This document shows, one piece after another, positions 13,900-28,069 of a stretch of DNA of 64,000 bases. A program made the position numbers and the translations under genes. Every line of letters starts with the position of its first letter. The stretch's first letter is position 1. Source of the stretch: Stegostoma tigrinum (lineage: Eukaryota); contig NC_081369.1 of the NCBI RefSeq assembly GCF_030684315.1, forward strand, positions 9,152,035 through 9,216,034, read 5' to 3'. Under the pieces are notes generated by a model. The model was not told the origin of the DNA. It did not search any database and saw nothing but the letters and a program-made list of their open reading frames with translations.

Positions 13900-14400
13900 G
13901 CATTCACTTTCAAAAAAAATTAAGCTCAATATTGAGTCTGAAAGCTGTGTCCCCAAGTAGAAAATGAGATGATGTTCTTCTAGCTTGTGCTGAGTCGCAG
14001 TGGAAGGAACACTGCAGCAAGCCCAAGATAGAGATGTTGCCCAAGGAACATGGTGGTGTGTTGAACTGGCAGGCAGCTCAGAGAATTTTTAACAAACACA
14101 ACATAGGTGTTCCACAAGTAGCTGCCCGGTCTGCGTTTAATCTTCCTAATACAGATGAGAGCACATTGTGAGCAGTGAATTCAGTAGACTAGATTGAGTG
14201 AAGTGCAGGCAAATCACTGCTTCACCTGGAAGGTGCATCTGGCACCTTGGATAGTGAGGAGGGAGGATGTAAATGGTCAGGTTTTATACCTTTTGCAACT
14301 GTATGGGAAGATGCCTTGGGAGTATGGGGAGCATGTGGAGTGGAAGACGAGTGGACCAAAGGTGTCCTGGAGGAAGCTGTCCCTGCAGAAGGCCTGAATT
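13900..14400 (-). mobile_element. Penelope-like element, GIY-YIG region fragment
   Basis: Homologous to 25290-25510 and 38740-38900 (FQVKQ.FACTS.NLV..I.CSQC on the minus strand). Confidence 0.75.
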
Positions 14401-14714
14401 CTGCATGACACTACATTTAACTTCTCTTACCCTCAGCTTTCTCCTACTGTTCCAATCTGACTCTGGGCATCTCCTTATGTCTGCCTATTGTTCTCCTCCA
14501 GACCAATGGTGTAGGCTGCCGCCTTTTCTGGGAATGCTAGCCTGCGGCCTGCTTCACTGCTTCATCTGCCCGTTAGTTTCACTTTTCATTGCAGACTGAA
14601 ATTTATGATGTATTTCACCCTTTAGTGTCCCTTGCTTGAGCCTGATAACCTTCAAGTGAAACCATCAACATACCCAGTCTTTGATAAAAGAGCAACCTGC
14701 TGTAAAGGACATTA

Positions 14715-15250
14715 TTTTGGCCGCTTATAGAACATTGCATTCAATTTTGATCTCCCTGCTATAGGAAAGATGTTGATAAACTTGAAAGGGTGCAGAAAAG
14801 AGTTACAAGAATGGTGCTAAGATTTGAAGGATTGAGCTACAGGGAGAAGTTTCCCCTGGAGCATTGGAGACAGAGGGGTGACCTTATAGACATTTATAAA
14901 ATCATGTAGGATAGGAATAGGGTGAATAGTGAAGACATTTTTCCCAGGGCAGGGGAGGACAAAATTAGAGGTTTAAGGTGTGAGGGGCAAGATTCAAAAG
15001 GGACCTGAGGAGCAACGTTTTCACACAGAGGGGGGTTCTTGTGTGAAATTAGCTGCCAGAGGAAGTGGTGGAGGCTGGTACAATTACAACATTTAAAAGG
15101 TGCCTGGATGGGTATATGAATAGAAAGGGTTTAGAGGGATGTGTGTCAAATGCTGGCAAATGGGACTAGATCAGTTTAGCGTATTTGGTTAGCAAAGATG
15201 AATTGGACCAAAAGATCTGTTTCTGCTCTGTATAATTAATGACTATGACT
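14715..15250 (+). mobile_element. CR1 LINE 3' end with (ATGACT)n tail
   Basis: LERVQKRVTRM motif, LRGDL-type motif, atgactatgact tail. Confidence 0.85.
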
Positions 15251-15309
15251 CGAATTACTTTTACTTTTCACTACAGCTGATCTTCAAAGGAGAGTTTTGT
15301 TTTTATCCC

Positions 15310-16150
15310 CTCATGGGAGCTGAGGATTGCTGGCTGGGACTCCATTTATTACCCATCCGAGAGTTGCCCTTGAGAAGGTGGTAGTGGGCTGGTGAGCATT
15401 CTTGAACCATTGCCGTCCATGTGCAGTATATAGATCCACGATGCCCTTAGCAATGGAATTCCAGGATTTTGAGCCTGTGACAGTGATGTAATAGTAATAT
15501 ATTTCCAAGTCAGGACGGTGAGTAGCTTGGAGGGGAACTTGTAGGCTGTTCCCATGTATCTACTGACCTTGTCCTTCTAGATGGAAGTGGTCGTGGGTTT
15601 GGAAGGTACAGTCAAAAGATCTTTGGTGATAATCTGCAGTCTATCTTACAGATAGTACACATTGCTGCTACTGAGTGAGGCTGGCGGAAGGAGAGGACAG
15701 TTGTGAATGTGGTGCCAATCAAGTAGGCTGCTTTGTCCTGAATGGTGTCAGATGGCTTGAGTGTTGTTGGAGCTGCACTCGTCTGGGCAGGTGGGGAGTA
15801 TTCCAGTTACAATCCTGGCTTTTCCCTTGCCGATGGTGGACAGATATGGAGAGTCAGGAGGTAAGTTACTCGCCAGAGTATTCTGAGCCTCTGGCCTGCT
15901 CTTGTAGCTGCTGTATTTATATGACGAGTCCCCAGTGAGTTGCTTGTCATTGCTAACCCCAAAGTTTTGATACCGGTGGAGGAAGTGGGGCCGGGGGTAG
16001 GGTGGTGCGTGGGGTCTTGGAGACAGTGGCAGGTTAACAAATGGTAACACCTTTGAATGTCAAGGGATGTTGATTAAGTTGTCTTGTATTGGAGATGGCC
16101 ATTGCCTGGCATTTGTGTGGCACATGTGTTACTTGTTACTTATCAACCAG
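15310..16150 (-). mobile_element. CR1/L2-type LINE 3' fragment ending at the acceptor of the paralog A TM exon
   Basis: RAGQRLRILWRVTYLLT on the minus strand. LINE-like sequence stops at about 16150. Confidence 0.75.
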
Positions 16151-16154
16151 GTAG

Positions 16155-18338
16155 ATAATGTCCGAATACCATTTCACTTTGGAGTTATTGGGTGTGCAGT
16201 TGCTGAACTGATGTTCTTGGCACTGATGATCATTGCTCAAACATGATGCCAACTGAAGAATAACAATAGTAAGATCTATTGTAAGCTTACCATCTAAATG
16301 CAAGCCTCAGTGTTACTGATAGCTTTTTAACTAGATGCAGGAGAAGTTGATTGAAACTTGACATTGGTAACAGTGTTTGTCATCAGTGAATGTTCTTTTT
16401 AAATGCAGTTTATGAAGGAAGTATAATTACAGAATGTTAAATAAAGGCCACAATAATACGGATAATTACTTGTTTGATACAGCTATCTCTTTGAAAAATG
16501 TTAAAAGAAATGTTTACTCCTGAACAATCACTTACTCACTCATTCTGTTGTGGTCCAATCGCAAAGTGAGTGAGGGTGAGTCTGTGACCAACATAGACTA
16601 CAAGAACCAAGAGCAGCAGGAAATAGTACATCTCATCCTGATCTACTTTATAATACCAACATGACTATTTTCTATACCAACTCCATTTCCCAGTAATCTC
16701 CATATTTATTGCTACGTTACTCGTTCTTCTGTTGTGGGCTTTGCGAAAAAGTTCAATCTTTATTCTTTACTCCTATTGGTCTTTGACAAATTGGCAATGA
16801 GCTGACTGGGCACAATGGGGTACACAATGTGAAATTGTTTATGTTAGTTCAGGAAACTTAGAATAGAAAGGCAGTGTCTCTGGATAAGCAGAGTCTCAGT
16901 TGATTGTCTACAACTAAGTTAAAGAAAAGTTTAATTTGTTTGAGAATCTTTGAACTTGCATGTCCTAACCAGTTGTGTTCACGCTGTGCTAAAGTGTATT
17001 GAATTTTTAAAATTCATTCACAGAATTAGGGTGTCACTGGCCAGGCAGCATTTATTGCCCATCCCTATTTGTCCAGAGGGCAGTTAAGAGTCAACCACAT
17101 TGCTGTAGGTCTGGAATCAAATGTAGGCCAGACCAGGTAAGAATGGCAATTTCCTTCCCTAGAGGACATTAGTGACAATTGACAAGGGATTCATCGTCAT
17201 CATCAGAATGCCAAGATAGACAAATTTTGGTCTCCCAGGAATTCGGGAAATATATACTATATAGAAGAATATGCAGCTGAGGTTGAAAATCAGACTCGTC
17301 TGTCCTGAGTGGTCGAACTGTCTTCAGGGGATCTATTGTCTAGTCCAGTTAAAACCACTTGCTTTGCTATGTTTGTTGAGTGCAAACCCAATTCACAGAA
17401 CAATTAAGAGAGAATGCGGCAAATCTTTTTCTTGAGTTATATAAAGATCAGGCAGGATAAGAATGCCAAATGTTTATGCGATAAAAAAGTTTAGAGAATG
17501 GGAGATAGCAAGAACTGCAGATGCTGGAGTCAGAGTCGATACAGTATGGAGCTGGAGGAACATAGCAGGTCAGGCAGGATCAGAGGAGTAGGAAAGTTGA
17601 CATTTCAAGTCAGCATCCTTCTTCAGAACTGTTCCGAAGAAGGGTCCTGACCTGAAACGTTGACTTTCCAACTCCTCCCATGTTGTCTGACCTGCTGTGT
17701 TCTTCAAGTTTCACACTTTGTTGACAAAGTTTAAAGAATGAGGTGTTTTCCTTCATCTCCAGAAATATTATCTGATATTTCAAGAAAAACATGCAAGGAG
17801 AACATTGCCTCTAATTGCTATAGGGTGCAACATTTCAAATGCCTTGGTGCAATCCAAACTTGTAAACCATTTTTTCGTGCTGTCTTTACGTTTGATGTGT
17901 ATTTGTAATCATGGATATGGAAACTAAGTAACTATTTCAAATATTATTAATTTTATTTGTCGTCGACAAAGAGGAATGTACAAAAGTGTCAAATTGCAAA
18001 GAGGAGCTGGTTTGTGCATTCATTCCTCTAGGTAGATGCTGAAATGGCAAAGAACGCTGCTTTATTAGACATTGTATAGCATCATCATTCCAGAGCAGTC
18101 CAAGTGTATCCTCTTAAGTATTGGTCAGCTGTTAGTGTCTCTTTCAAACCAGAACATTAATGTTTGTACACCTTCTGGTAAGTGATTTGAAACTCTGTCT
18201 AAAATGATAAATTAATGATATTGTCAAACATTGGATTTGCAGACTGAATGAGTAATATCCTTTGATGGAATCATGTACACAGAGAAAAAAAGGATGTGCA
18301 AAAATGAAGAAAGAATTTCAGAATATGCCCAATTGTAG
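16155..18338 (+). pseudogene. Paralog A, 3' half of a gene-B-like receptor (TM exon 16155-16268, exon 5 17966-18009, exon 6 18243-18338)
   Basis: The TM exon is also 114 nt (DNVRIPFHFGVIGCAVAELMFLALMIIAQT*CQLKNNN) and is followed by gtaagatctattgtaagc versus gtaagatatattgtaagc in gene B. The exon-5 acceptor is mutated (cg). Exon 6 reads TE*VISFDGIMYTE...SEYAQL*. No V or C1 exon was recognised upstream. Confidence 0.8.
17500..17722. mobile_element. Penelope-derived palindromic element with two degenerate hammerhead motifs
   Basis: ccttcttcagaactgttccgaagaaggg centre; arms are reverse-complementary. Confidence 0.75.
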
Positions 18339-19233
18339 ATAAAATGCAAAGTAGACCAACAGACATGGTCCATGCAGAAGCAATACTTATCAGGAGTAAA
18401 CTTTTAGATACAAGTGCCATTCTTTTGGTGTCGGTAGTTTCTAATTAGCCTGTTCAGGAATGATATTCCACACCTACTGGAGTGGATGAGCCCTGAATAT
18501 AAGCTTCCTAGCCTAGCAGGAAGAGCACTACTTCTCCACAGAAACTTTGATTTTATTTCTGTTTTGTCAACTCAGATTTGCGTATTCAATGTGACACCAT
18601 TCCCCTAAGATATAACACATTACAATGATAGTATTAGACATTGTGCTATTTACAGTAAAATTTCAAGTATTTGGTTAAATTTGTTTTAATTGTTTTTATT
18701 ATGAAAAGTCTTCTGTTATAATTTATAATCAGCCAATACATTTCTTTATTTGTAATTTTGTAATGGTGTGACTTTGGTTCTGTTGAACATAGGTTTGAAT
18801 TCAATAAACACAGAGTCCATTCTACCCACTACATTCCCTGTTAGACTTATCTTGGTGAGTGATGTTCCCAGGTCAGTGTTTTGAGTTCTGTGGTGTTTTG
18901 CTGCATTGTGACTGCCAGTCTTGGTTATGCTCATCATATGTAATTGTTGAAGGTTCAGTCGTTGGAATAATTCATGAATCTCCTGAAAGTAAATGTCAAT
19001 TTCTGTTTTGCTAATGTTACACAGCCAGCTAACTCGCATCTGTCCTTGTGTCATCTCAAAATGTTAAATATCTTCCGGGTTCTGACATTTTTGACAGAAC
19101 TGCTCAAAAGGTTTCAGCTGTGCTCTTTCCTCAACCATTTTCAATCCGTAAATACTTCTTCACATATTCTGCAAGCAACTGCCACTAAGCGTGATGGCAT
19201 TTGCCTTTATAAAGAATCAAGGGAATCAGTACA

Positions 19234-19550
19234 GGCGGCACGGTGACTCAGTGGTTAGCACTGCAGCCTCACAGCACCAGGGACCCGGGTTCGATTCCTG
19301 CCTTGGGTAACTGTCTGTGTGGAGTTTGCACATTCTCCCTGTGTCTGCGTGGGTTTCCTCCAGGTGCTCCGGTTTCCTCCCACAGTTCAAAGATGTGCAG
19401 GTTAGGTGGATCAGCCATGCTAAATTGCACATAATGTTCAGGGGTGTGGGGGTTATAGGGGGGTTGGTCTGGGTGGGATGCTTCAAGGGGCGGTGTAGAC
19501 TTGTTGGGCCAAAGGGCCTGTTTCCACACCGTAGGGAATCTAATCTAATC
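19234..19550 (+). mobile_element. tRNA-derived V-SINE (HE1-like)
   Basis: ggcacggtgactcagtggttagc (A box), ggttcgattcc (B box), V-domain tgtgtggagtttgcacattctccc...ggtttcctcc, (TAATC)n tail. Confidence 0.9.
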
Positions 19551-22500
19551 TATTTTATGTGTGTTTTTAAACTGTTGTGAATTCAAAGATTCTATGAGAG
19601 AATGTAAAATGCATTTTTAGTTCCATGGAGCTTTTCAACAGAATTGGCAAAGCTCTCTACTGAAGGTACTATGTTTTATTTTTCCACAGTAGACTTGCTA
19701 ATCAAGCTAAGCAAAAGATGTGGTTCAGACAGTCAACTCAAAAGCATTAACACGTGATACTAAATTTAATTTTGTTCCAATAGCAATTTATTTTTGCAGT
19801 ATCAAAACAATATGATATGAATCATTCTGACAATCTCTGCCTAAAACAAAGCATATAAAGGTCAATGTGTAGGCGAACCATTAGTTCTACAGAAGGCTGC
19901 ATAATTTTAACCTCATTGGCTTACCCACCCACAGGACTAATATCCACAATGGTGAGTTGCTAATCAAGTGAAGGAAAAGATGTGGTTCAGTCATTCAACT
20001 CAAGAGCACCAACACATGGTTCTAAATTTAATTTTGTTTATTGCAGTATACTAAAAATGTGTCTAGTGATGACAAATAGCAGTTTTGTCTCATGTACACT
20101 TCAGTTTTATTACAGCACATTTATAGTTCACATCTGACAGATATTCCATTTCGTGTTTGTCTTTGTACATTTCTGAAATGCATTCTTGATACAGCTGAGA
20201 ATGTGTGAATGCTTCACCTTATATCATCAATTTCTATTTTTAGTCAAAGTATTTTTGTGTTCATGTTGACTTGACTGATGGTGAGGAGGTGAACTGTTTT
20301 ATCAATCCGAATTTTCCACTGTGCATAACATTTTTAAATACACCCATGTTTGGATTTGGTCAATTATATAAATTACATACTTGTATAATTTTCAGCATTG
20401 AGAACAAGTCAGCATGGTTCCTCTATGCAACACATTTATATTTTACTCCCAGAACAAATTACTTTGATAAAGAAGCAGTTCTTGACAATTGTCAGATTGC
20501 GTGCAAATATCTACCCTTGATAAATCTCTTAAAGAAAGAGCACACACATCTAAGGAGAAACAAATATGATGAAAATTCTGCTGTGTATTAGTTTTAACAC
20601 ACTTTGTCCAAGTGAAAAACTAAATGTAGTAAATCAGAGTAGTCCCATTTACTGTTTTGATTCAGAAATTACTCTGCACATGCATATACATACGCAGACA
20701 CACAAGTTGCTGGGATTGAGTGTCTTCCTTGAACCACTGCAATTTGCTAATTTCTCGGTACTTTGAAAATGACTTCAATTCCAAGAAAATCCTCTTCAGA
20801 AACTCTTCCATGTGGCAAAGATGACATTTGATGGGTTATCGGCTCACATGTTATTGGGATGAGTTACAAAGAAAGTGTGGTGAACAATTGGCTGTTGTCT
20901 CAGCTTAGGTAATAATTCTCTCTCCCTGACTTCAAAATCTAATAGTCTTATCTGACCGACAAATTGCTCTGAATTTTTTCTGTAAATGTTCCCAAGTCTG
21001 TACGATTCCAGCCAAGTCTCCCTTCTTCGTGCGGTTGAAACATTGTTGCAGCTTTATGCCTTTTCCTTACTAAAGTGTTCCTTGTTATAAGGCAAAGATG
21101 TGTATGTGGCCTGCACAACCTGTAATGTAATATTTGGATTGTCACCTCAGAGCACCTGCATTTTTGGCATAAAAGAACTGTCACTCAGACAAGTTTCATT
21201 ATAAGGTATTGAAGCACAAGAGAACATAAGCAATAAAGCTAGTATTCACTCAAAGTCCATCACAGTTATTCTTCTGCTCATGTTGATACTCAGTTGATTT
21301 GGAACAACATTAATTCTGGGCAATGCATCAGCTGTCATTATGATTTTTCATTGTGATATACATCTTCTTAAAGTGACAGAGGCGCAATAACAAACAATAC
21401 CAAGATACACTTACATTCTGGTTTTTGAACTGTCGATAAACATTTGGCTGTTGTGATTAGCAAACTTTAATCTCTCCATGTCACTGTGTGTGAGCCTACA
21501 CTTCAAAGCAATCATAGCAGTCTCTTCTCCAATATATATTGCCTGATCTTGGATTGATTTAATCTTTTGAAATTGTTTTCCACTGGCCTGTTTACTGCAG
21601 GGCTTTCAATTATTGCATTGCAGGGGTCTTAGACTCAAATCCTAACATTGATTTATTAATTTGAGACTTAAACAAATGTGGAAACAGGAGACAGTTTATT
21701 TTGAGGTAACTCAGGTAACTTTGCTTAGGTTATAAATACTCCCTAACAAAGCAGGGCAGTAGCTATACAGTTATATTTGGGCTCCTGATATCTGGTTCTG
21801 CTAATGGCGCTTGTTGTCACTTGGTTTTGCCATCTCTCTCCAAAGCCCTAAGGAAATTCCATGTCAGCCTGGAAGCAGGGTAATTTCAAACTCTCATGCA
21901 TGCCTTTACTTCAAAAGCTTTAGTTTATTAACTGTTTCCAAGTCACATACAACAACCTACAGCATGGTCAATTCCATCCTTACATTCTGATTGGTCTCGG
22001 CTCAGTAAGACATGCTCTGAATTGGTTTAAGCAATGAGAAAATACAATAATGAGAAGACTAGAAGTAACTGAGATAAAGAGAAATTTCTTCACCCAGTGA
22101 GTGGCGAGCCTGTGGAATTCACTGCCGCAGAAAATGGTGGAGGCCAATTCATTACATATTTTCAAGAAAGAGGGTGATAAAGCTCCTGTGGCTAAAGGGA
22201 TCTAGGGATGGATGGGAGGGCAGGATCAGGGGATGGAGCTCGATGACCATCCATGATCAAACTGAATGGTGATGCAGCTGCAAGGGATCAAATAGCTTAC
22301 TGCTGCTTCTATCTTCCATGTTTCTTGCTTCTTTAGATGCACAATCAATTTCTAATTGTCTCTGAGTGATGATGGGCATCGGCAGTTGTCACCTCCCACC
22401 TCCCTCTTTTCTGGTTCTTTAAGTTATCAATTTACCTAGAGCCCATCCTCTTTGATACATTTTGTTATTGTCTCTTTACGCATTTGTTTTACAAAACTAA

Positions 22501-24949
22501 AAGGTCCGTGTGAAATATTCTCTACCTCTGTTAAAAGGGTAGACAGGTGTATGCAGTCAAGATTCAAGGTTGATTTCCTTGAGCTCATGTCTACTAATAG
22601 TATGCTAATTTCTACAATTCCATCGTAAAGGATATGTTAAAAGTTAGAAACTTAAATATATGGGTAAAATGTTATGTCTCATACAAAGACTATATTTAAT
22701 TAATTGCTACTCATTTAAGAAAAAAATACAGCGATTATGATTTCTTTATAAAGGGCATTGAAGTGGGAATATAGCATCTCTGCCTTCTTCAACCTTTCTC
22801 AATCTTACAGCCATAATTCTAAGCATTGTTGTTATTGTAGTTACCCTGCTTTCAATCCCATGGTTCATTTCCTTGTCAAATTAAGTTAATCATAGTCACA
22901 ACATGCTAGAGTGTCAAGATCTACGTTGGCTACTCATAAGCCAAACACTATAATAGTAGATTAATCAATTCTAAAATGTGATTACAACTAAACTAAAATT
23001 AATCATTAAATGTTAGTTTCCTTACTAATCCTGAAATATATCTGCTCCATCTTCTTGAAGCAAGACTTATTATCTGACAGATATATCAGTTTTTACCCCC
23101 TATTGCATCAGTGTTATTGTTTCAGCATTTAATGTGGCACAGAAGGCTTTTTTTCTTGCAGTCAGTTGTATTAATCAAACAATTCACTTACCTTCATGCC
23201 TGCTCGAGGTTAGAAGGAGCGTGCATATTTTTAAGTTTCCAGAATCAATTCTGATATTGATTTTAGATTCTGTAAGTATTAAATTGGACATTTTTATATC
23301 CTAAAAAACAATGGCACATATTGCTGAGCAGTGCAGTACAATGTTGCTTTCTGGAAGCAAAATGATGGAGAAATCATGACTAAACAGTACTAAGAAGCCT
23401 TTGAGTTGAAGCTGGCAACAACTCTCTGATTTGTTGAATTGCAGAGTGGGGATGCAACTATTGATGCACTTTTTCCAGGTCAGTTGTGACAAAGGGCCAG
23501 AATTTCCCCACCAGCAAATTTTGAAGTACAATAATATAAGAATGCATTTGGAGTTAGGAGAGTCATAAAGGATAGACACTAGGGTCCTCATACGAAAATG
23601 AGGTGGCTTTAGAAGTCGATAAACATTACTGCAGTTGAGAGAGATATCCTTGACAAATTTGAAAGAGTTAACAAAAGCCAGACAGTTGAATCGACACATA
23701 AGTTCCCACCCAGAGCCAGGAAGGCAGAGATAATTGAAGTATTAGCCCAGCATTTGGGCTTTCTAGAATACCAGAAAGAACAGTTACTCTAAAGGAGGTG
23801 CTGGAGTTATTTAAGATAGAGTTATAGTCAAAGCTACATGAATATAAGGGAAAAGCAAAGACACTTTCAAGGGAATGGAATATAAAGAACAAGGAGTTCT
23901 TGCTAAAACTAAAAAGCAGGAGTCAGGCCACAGTTGAAATATTTTGAACAGTTTCATTCTCTTGATCTAGGGAAGGATTTATGGTATTGAGGCAGCCCAG
24001 ATAAGGTTCTGCCAGTTTATCCAGGGTGTGGAGACACTATCCTAAGAGGGGAAATTGAGTAATTTCAGCCTGAGCCTATTGGATGTTATAAGAATGAGAA
24101 ACCACCTTATGAAAGCAATAGATTCTTTGAGAATTTAACGGAGAATGTGTGGAGATGCTGTTCTATTTCATGGGAGAGTATGGGGCAAGTGGGCATAATC
24201 TCAGCGTGAGGGATGTTCATTTAAAACAGAGACTAGGATGAATTTCTTCCACTGGTTGGCAATGAGTCTTTGGAATTCTATACCAGACAAATACTCAGGC
24301 ATATTCAGTGCTGACTAGGCAGGTGTTTAAGCCAGTAAGTGTACTAACGCATATAGGAAAAGGGCAGGAAAGTGAATTTGAGGATTATCAGATCAATCAT
24401 GATCTAATTGACTGTCAGGCCAAACTCAATGGGCCGAACAGCTTAATTCTTCTCCTCTTTTATGTTCATATAGCTTATGACAGAATATGAGCTGAAAAAG
24501 GAACAGGAACACAAAAATTTTAAACACGAAGAAGAGACAGACAAAGTATTTCGTAAGAGCGATTGCAAATACGGGCATAAAATGATGCAAAAACACCCTT
24601 CAATTTCCGAAAATGGGGAAATCATTGCCATGGAATTCATTAAGGAAATATTTAAACTTCCATAGGCTCTACTTATGGAATAAGAGGAAAAGATTGCAGA
24701 GGTATCAACATGTAAATTGAGAAGTTAGCGACAGAAATGAAGCGGCAGAAGGTGAACTGGGCATTCAAACTTCTTTCCACAGGCACAGGTAGAACATTTG
24801 AACTTATACATCACCAGTGGACACTTCTTTGAATGACGATGCCATGAAGAAGAGTATAATTCGCAATATAATTTATAGTCTCATGAGCAGCCGATTTAGT
24901 ATTAGCAAGCACTGTGCCAAAACTGATGTGTGAGAGTCAGGCAGGGCAA

Positions 24950-25800
24950 CGTAAAGCTAACAAGATAGATGAGTTGATTACATAAATAGAAATAACCGAA
25001 TATAAGTTGATAGCCATTACAGGGATGTGCTTGTGGAGTGACCGTGTTGGACAACTCTACACTCAAGGATGTTCAATATTCTGAAAGAATAGGCAAAACG
25101 GAAAGGTGATGTGGTCAATAGAGTTTTGTTAATAAAGACACGTATTGGAGTGGTAGTGACTGGTGATATGGATAGAATGCATCCTGAAGTGAACGCAGTT
25201 CGAGTGGAAATAAAAATAGCATGGCAAATACATCATGCTTGGGATTTGTCTACATGCCACCGAATTGCCTCACTTTTGAACGCTGTGAGCAGCGAGAACA
25301 ATAGACCAGATTGAGTGAAGTGCAGGTAAATCACTGCTTGGCTGGGAAGGTGTGCCTGAGCTCCTGGATAGTGAGAAGGCAGGAAGTAACCAGGCATGTG
25401 TTACCCCTTCTGCGATTCCATGAGAAGGTACCGTTAGGTGTGGGTGGTATTTGGAGTGGAGGAGGAATAGACCAAAGTTTCCTGCAGGAAGCTGTCCAGG
25501 TGGAGGGCTGACAAGGGAGGCGACTGAAATATACTTCTGGTGGTGGTATTCTGCTGGACATGGCGGAAATGGCTGCTCGCAGTCCTTTCGGATGTGGAGG
25601 CCGGTACTCACTTCGCTGTCCCCTCTACATGGAAGAGCCGAAGTGCAGACTCGTGGACCGCTTTGCGGAACACCCAGGTCTGTCGCCAAGAATAATCCGG
25701 ATCTTCCTGTCGCCTGCCACTTCAACACACAATTGTGTTGCCCGGCGAATATCTTTGAATCGGGCTTGTTGGCCGTCTCTGCCCGAGACAACAGCTAACT
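24950..25800. mobile_element. Composite: CR1 endonuclease fragment (+) joined to an internally inverted Penelope fragment
   Basis: IAIT.MC APE-like motif, then Penelope minus (25280-25595) and plus (RLVDRFAEH..PVACHFN). Confidence 0.75.
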
Positions 25801-28069
25801 TCAGTGGAATTAATTTTGGAAGGCAAGAGGAGACTGTACCTTAACCAATTCACTCTTATTTTCAAAACTACCAAACACGTCAGGCATCAAAAATATCCAA
25901 GTATCAAAATATTCCCAGATGCAACTTGTAAACAGTTAAAGGAACACACTGGTCACTTTGTAAACTCAATACTGCTCTGAAATCGAAACAAATTACCTAG
26001 GAATGCACAGCTGGCCAGTCGACACAGTTCCCTTATTCTCTTTCCCCCGCCTCCTGGCGAGAGGATGCTCTGGTGCTGTTGTCCTTCAGAGTAAAGCTGG
26101 AGGAGTAAGTTCGCGCTGGGTTTTATCCCTGATGCTCTTTTCAGCTTCGTCTAATCAGAGACGTTACGTCGTGTTGCTGAGTGCCGATCCTCCATTCAGG
26201 TACCCGTACTGCTCTCCTTATCCTTAATTGGTCCAGGTAGCAGCCATTATATATAAGGCTGTTACCAGTTCACTCGTTCACGTTCAACAATTCGCAGTTT
26301 CTGCATTCGTGCTCGTTCCTTTCCCTGCCAACAGAGAGAACGCTGGTATGAGTGTCCTAAGTCATTTAAAGGTTTAGGAAGATCGAAACACAAGCATTAC
26401 ATCGTTTGCCAAGAAAATCTAAATCCATGTGCTTGCACAGTTCCAGGAAAGTTCCTTAATACCTGAGGTTTTTTAAAATCAAACTTTCCAATTAGGATGT
26501 TGTGCGCTGCAGACAGTTTCCATTCAATAAAAAGACACATTATTACATTGCAGCTGAAGCGGCTGAGGCATGCGGCTGTGCTTCCTGGCTCAGAGTTAGG
26601 GACAGCACTACTACACCAGTACACTCATAAATCATGTCCTCCATTGCATCTGTTCAAATTGGGTTCACTTGTTTTCTTGGGTTCATAATGTAGCTAATAT
26701 TTCAAATAAATGAACTTCCAAAATGACAACCGCCATATTTGAATGCAGAGCTCACCATCGCTTCTCGAAAGGAAAACGTGCAGTCGATTGCGCGCTCAAC
26801 TTGCAACGTGCAGGCGCATCTCGTCCTTCCTCTTCTCTATGATCGCGTCAGCTCTTGTTGCACGTCTCCATCCGGCTTCCTTCTTACTGCTCAGTTTTCA
26901 TCCCCTCTCATAAAACTCTCAACGATGCCAATCAAAAGCACACGCTCTGGTGTGCAGGCCTGTGATGGTGGCATATAATCGCCTCTTTCTCAACCTGTCC
27001 GTAGCCCCGGGCATTTCAAACTGTTAAAGATGCTTTAACGCTTCTTCTTTGCTAGCTAGCACAATCTGATCACGTTCATTGATAGACTGCGAAACGCAGT
27101 CAGAACCTACATGACTGAGAGAAGTTACTCTCCCAGACAGTGTGAGCTTGTGGAATTCATAGTTCGACAAGGGAGTTGCATTCTTTCATGAAGAAGCTAG
27201 ATATAGTTCTTGGGAATAAAGAGATCAAAGGCTGTGGGAAGAAAGCAGGAACAGGGTACTGAATTAGATGATTAGCCATGACCAGTTTTAATCGTTGGAG
27301 CAGGTTTGGCCTACTCTTCCTCCTATCAGGACTAGTCTGTACTTCCGAAAGGCGAAACATATCTAAATGCCTTGATTATGATTTTCCTAAAGAATAGGGA
27401 ACACTGATGAAGACAATACAGATGTTGTGATATATGTGGGCATTTTAATAGTCTCACGAGGGAGAGCAGATCGCATTCCTAATGCGTGTAGAATCAAATG
27501 GAAATTGCTGTACTTGTAGCAATGACAGAAATCAAAGAAAAGCGTGAGCAGATAATACCAAATAAAATGAAGAGTTTTACATTGAGTTCTAGAGTGGAGG
27601 GGCCAAGGATATTTGTGCACGGATTGGTGAAGATGACAGTGCAAGTAGTGCAAATGACGAATAATTGTTCCTCAGTCCTTGCCGTTATGTTCATATTGTT
27701 CAAGGCAAGGAAATTCTGGTGAAGATTCTCCAAGCACAGCTCGGACGTCACTGCTGTATTGTGTAACTTTCTGGCGTTTAGGCGTCAGGAACGGTTTGAA
27801 CGCATTTCAAAAAAAGAGCTGAAACAATTTGTTAGAATGATACAAAGCATTCAGTTTCACAATATTTCGTAAGACGATTGTAATTCAATGGACCATTTTA
27901 CAAGTGATTTCATTGTCATTAAAAAAATGATGGGAGCCAACATTTCCAATTAACATCTACAAAGGGCTATCTGCTAAGAAAAACAACAGGTAGTTTTGAT
28001 TTTATGTTGATTGAAGCATAAGTATTAGCAAGAACGCTAAATATTCTACAGCGCATCTTTGAAATAGAA

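Larger units (their letters stand above)
16155..24870 (+). repeat. Segmental duplication, copy 1 (homologous to about 56333-63600)
   Basis: Colinear non-coding similarity, e.g. 18850-19060 vs 59170-59370, 20040-20480 vs 59960-60420, 21960-22010 vs 61165-61210, 23865-23940 vs 61787-61860. Confidence 0.85.

Noticed and set aside
18746-19054. 102-aa minus-strand ORF whose frame is also open in the duplicate (about 59110-59303) after an acceptor-like tttcag
   Set aside because: Many substitutions are non-synonymous, there is no clear donor or domain, and the similarity is explained by the segmental duplication.
19234-19305. tRNA-like sequence with A and B boxes
   Set aside because: It is the head of a SINE and continues into the V-SINE body; not a tRNA gene.
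20271-20591. 106-aa ORF ending in SAVY, considered as an alternative tail exon
   Set aside because: No alignment to gene B; the true exon-6 homolog is at 18243.
26240-26360. TATATATAAG followed by a possible donor (ctg|gtatga), 2.9 kb upstream of gene B
   Set aside because: Short motifs that are common in AT-rich DNA; no link to an exon can be shown.
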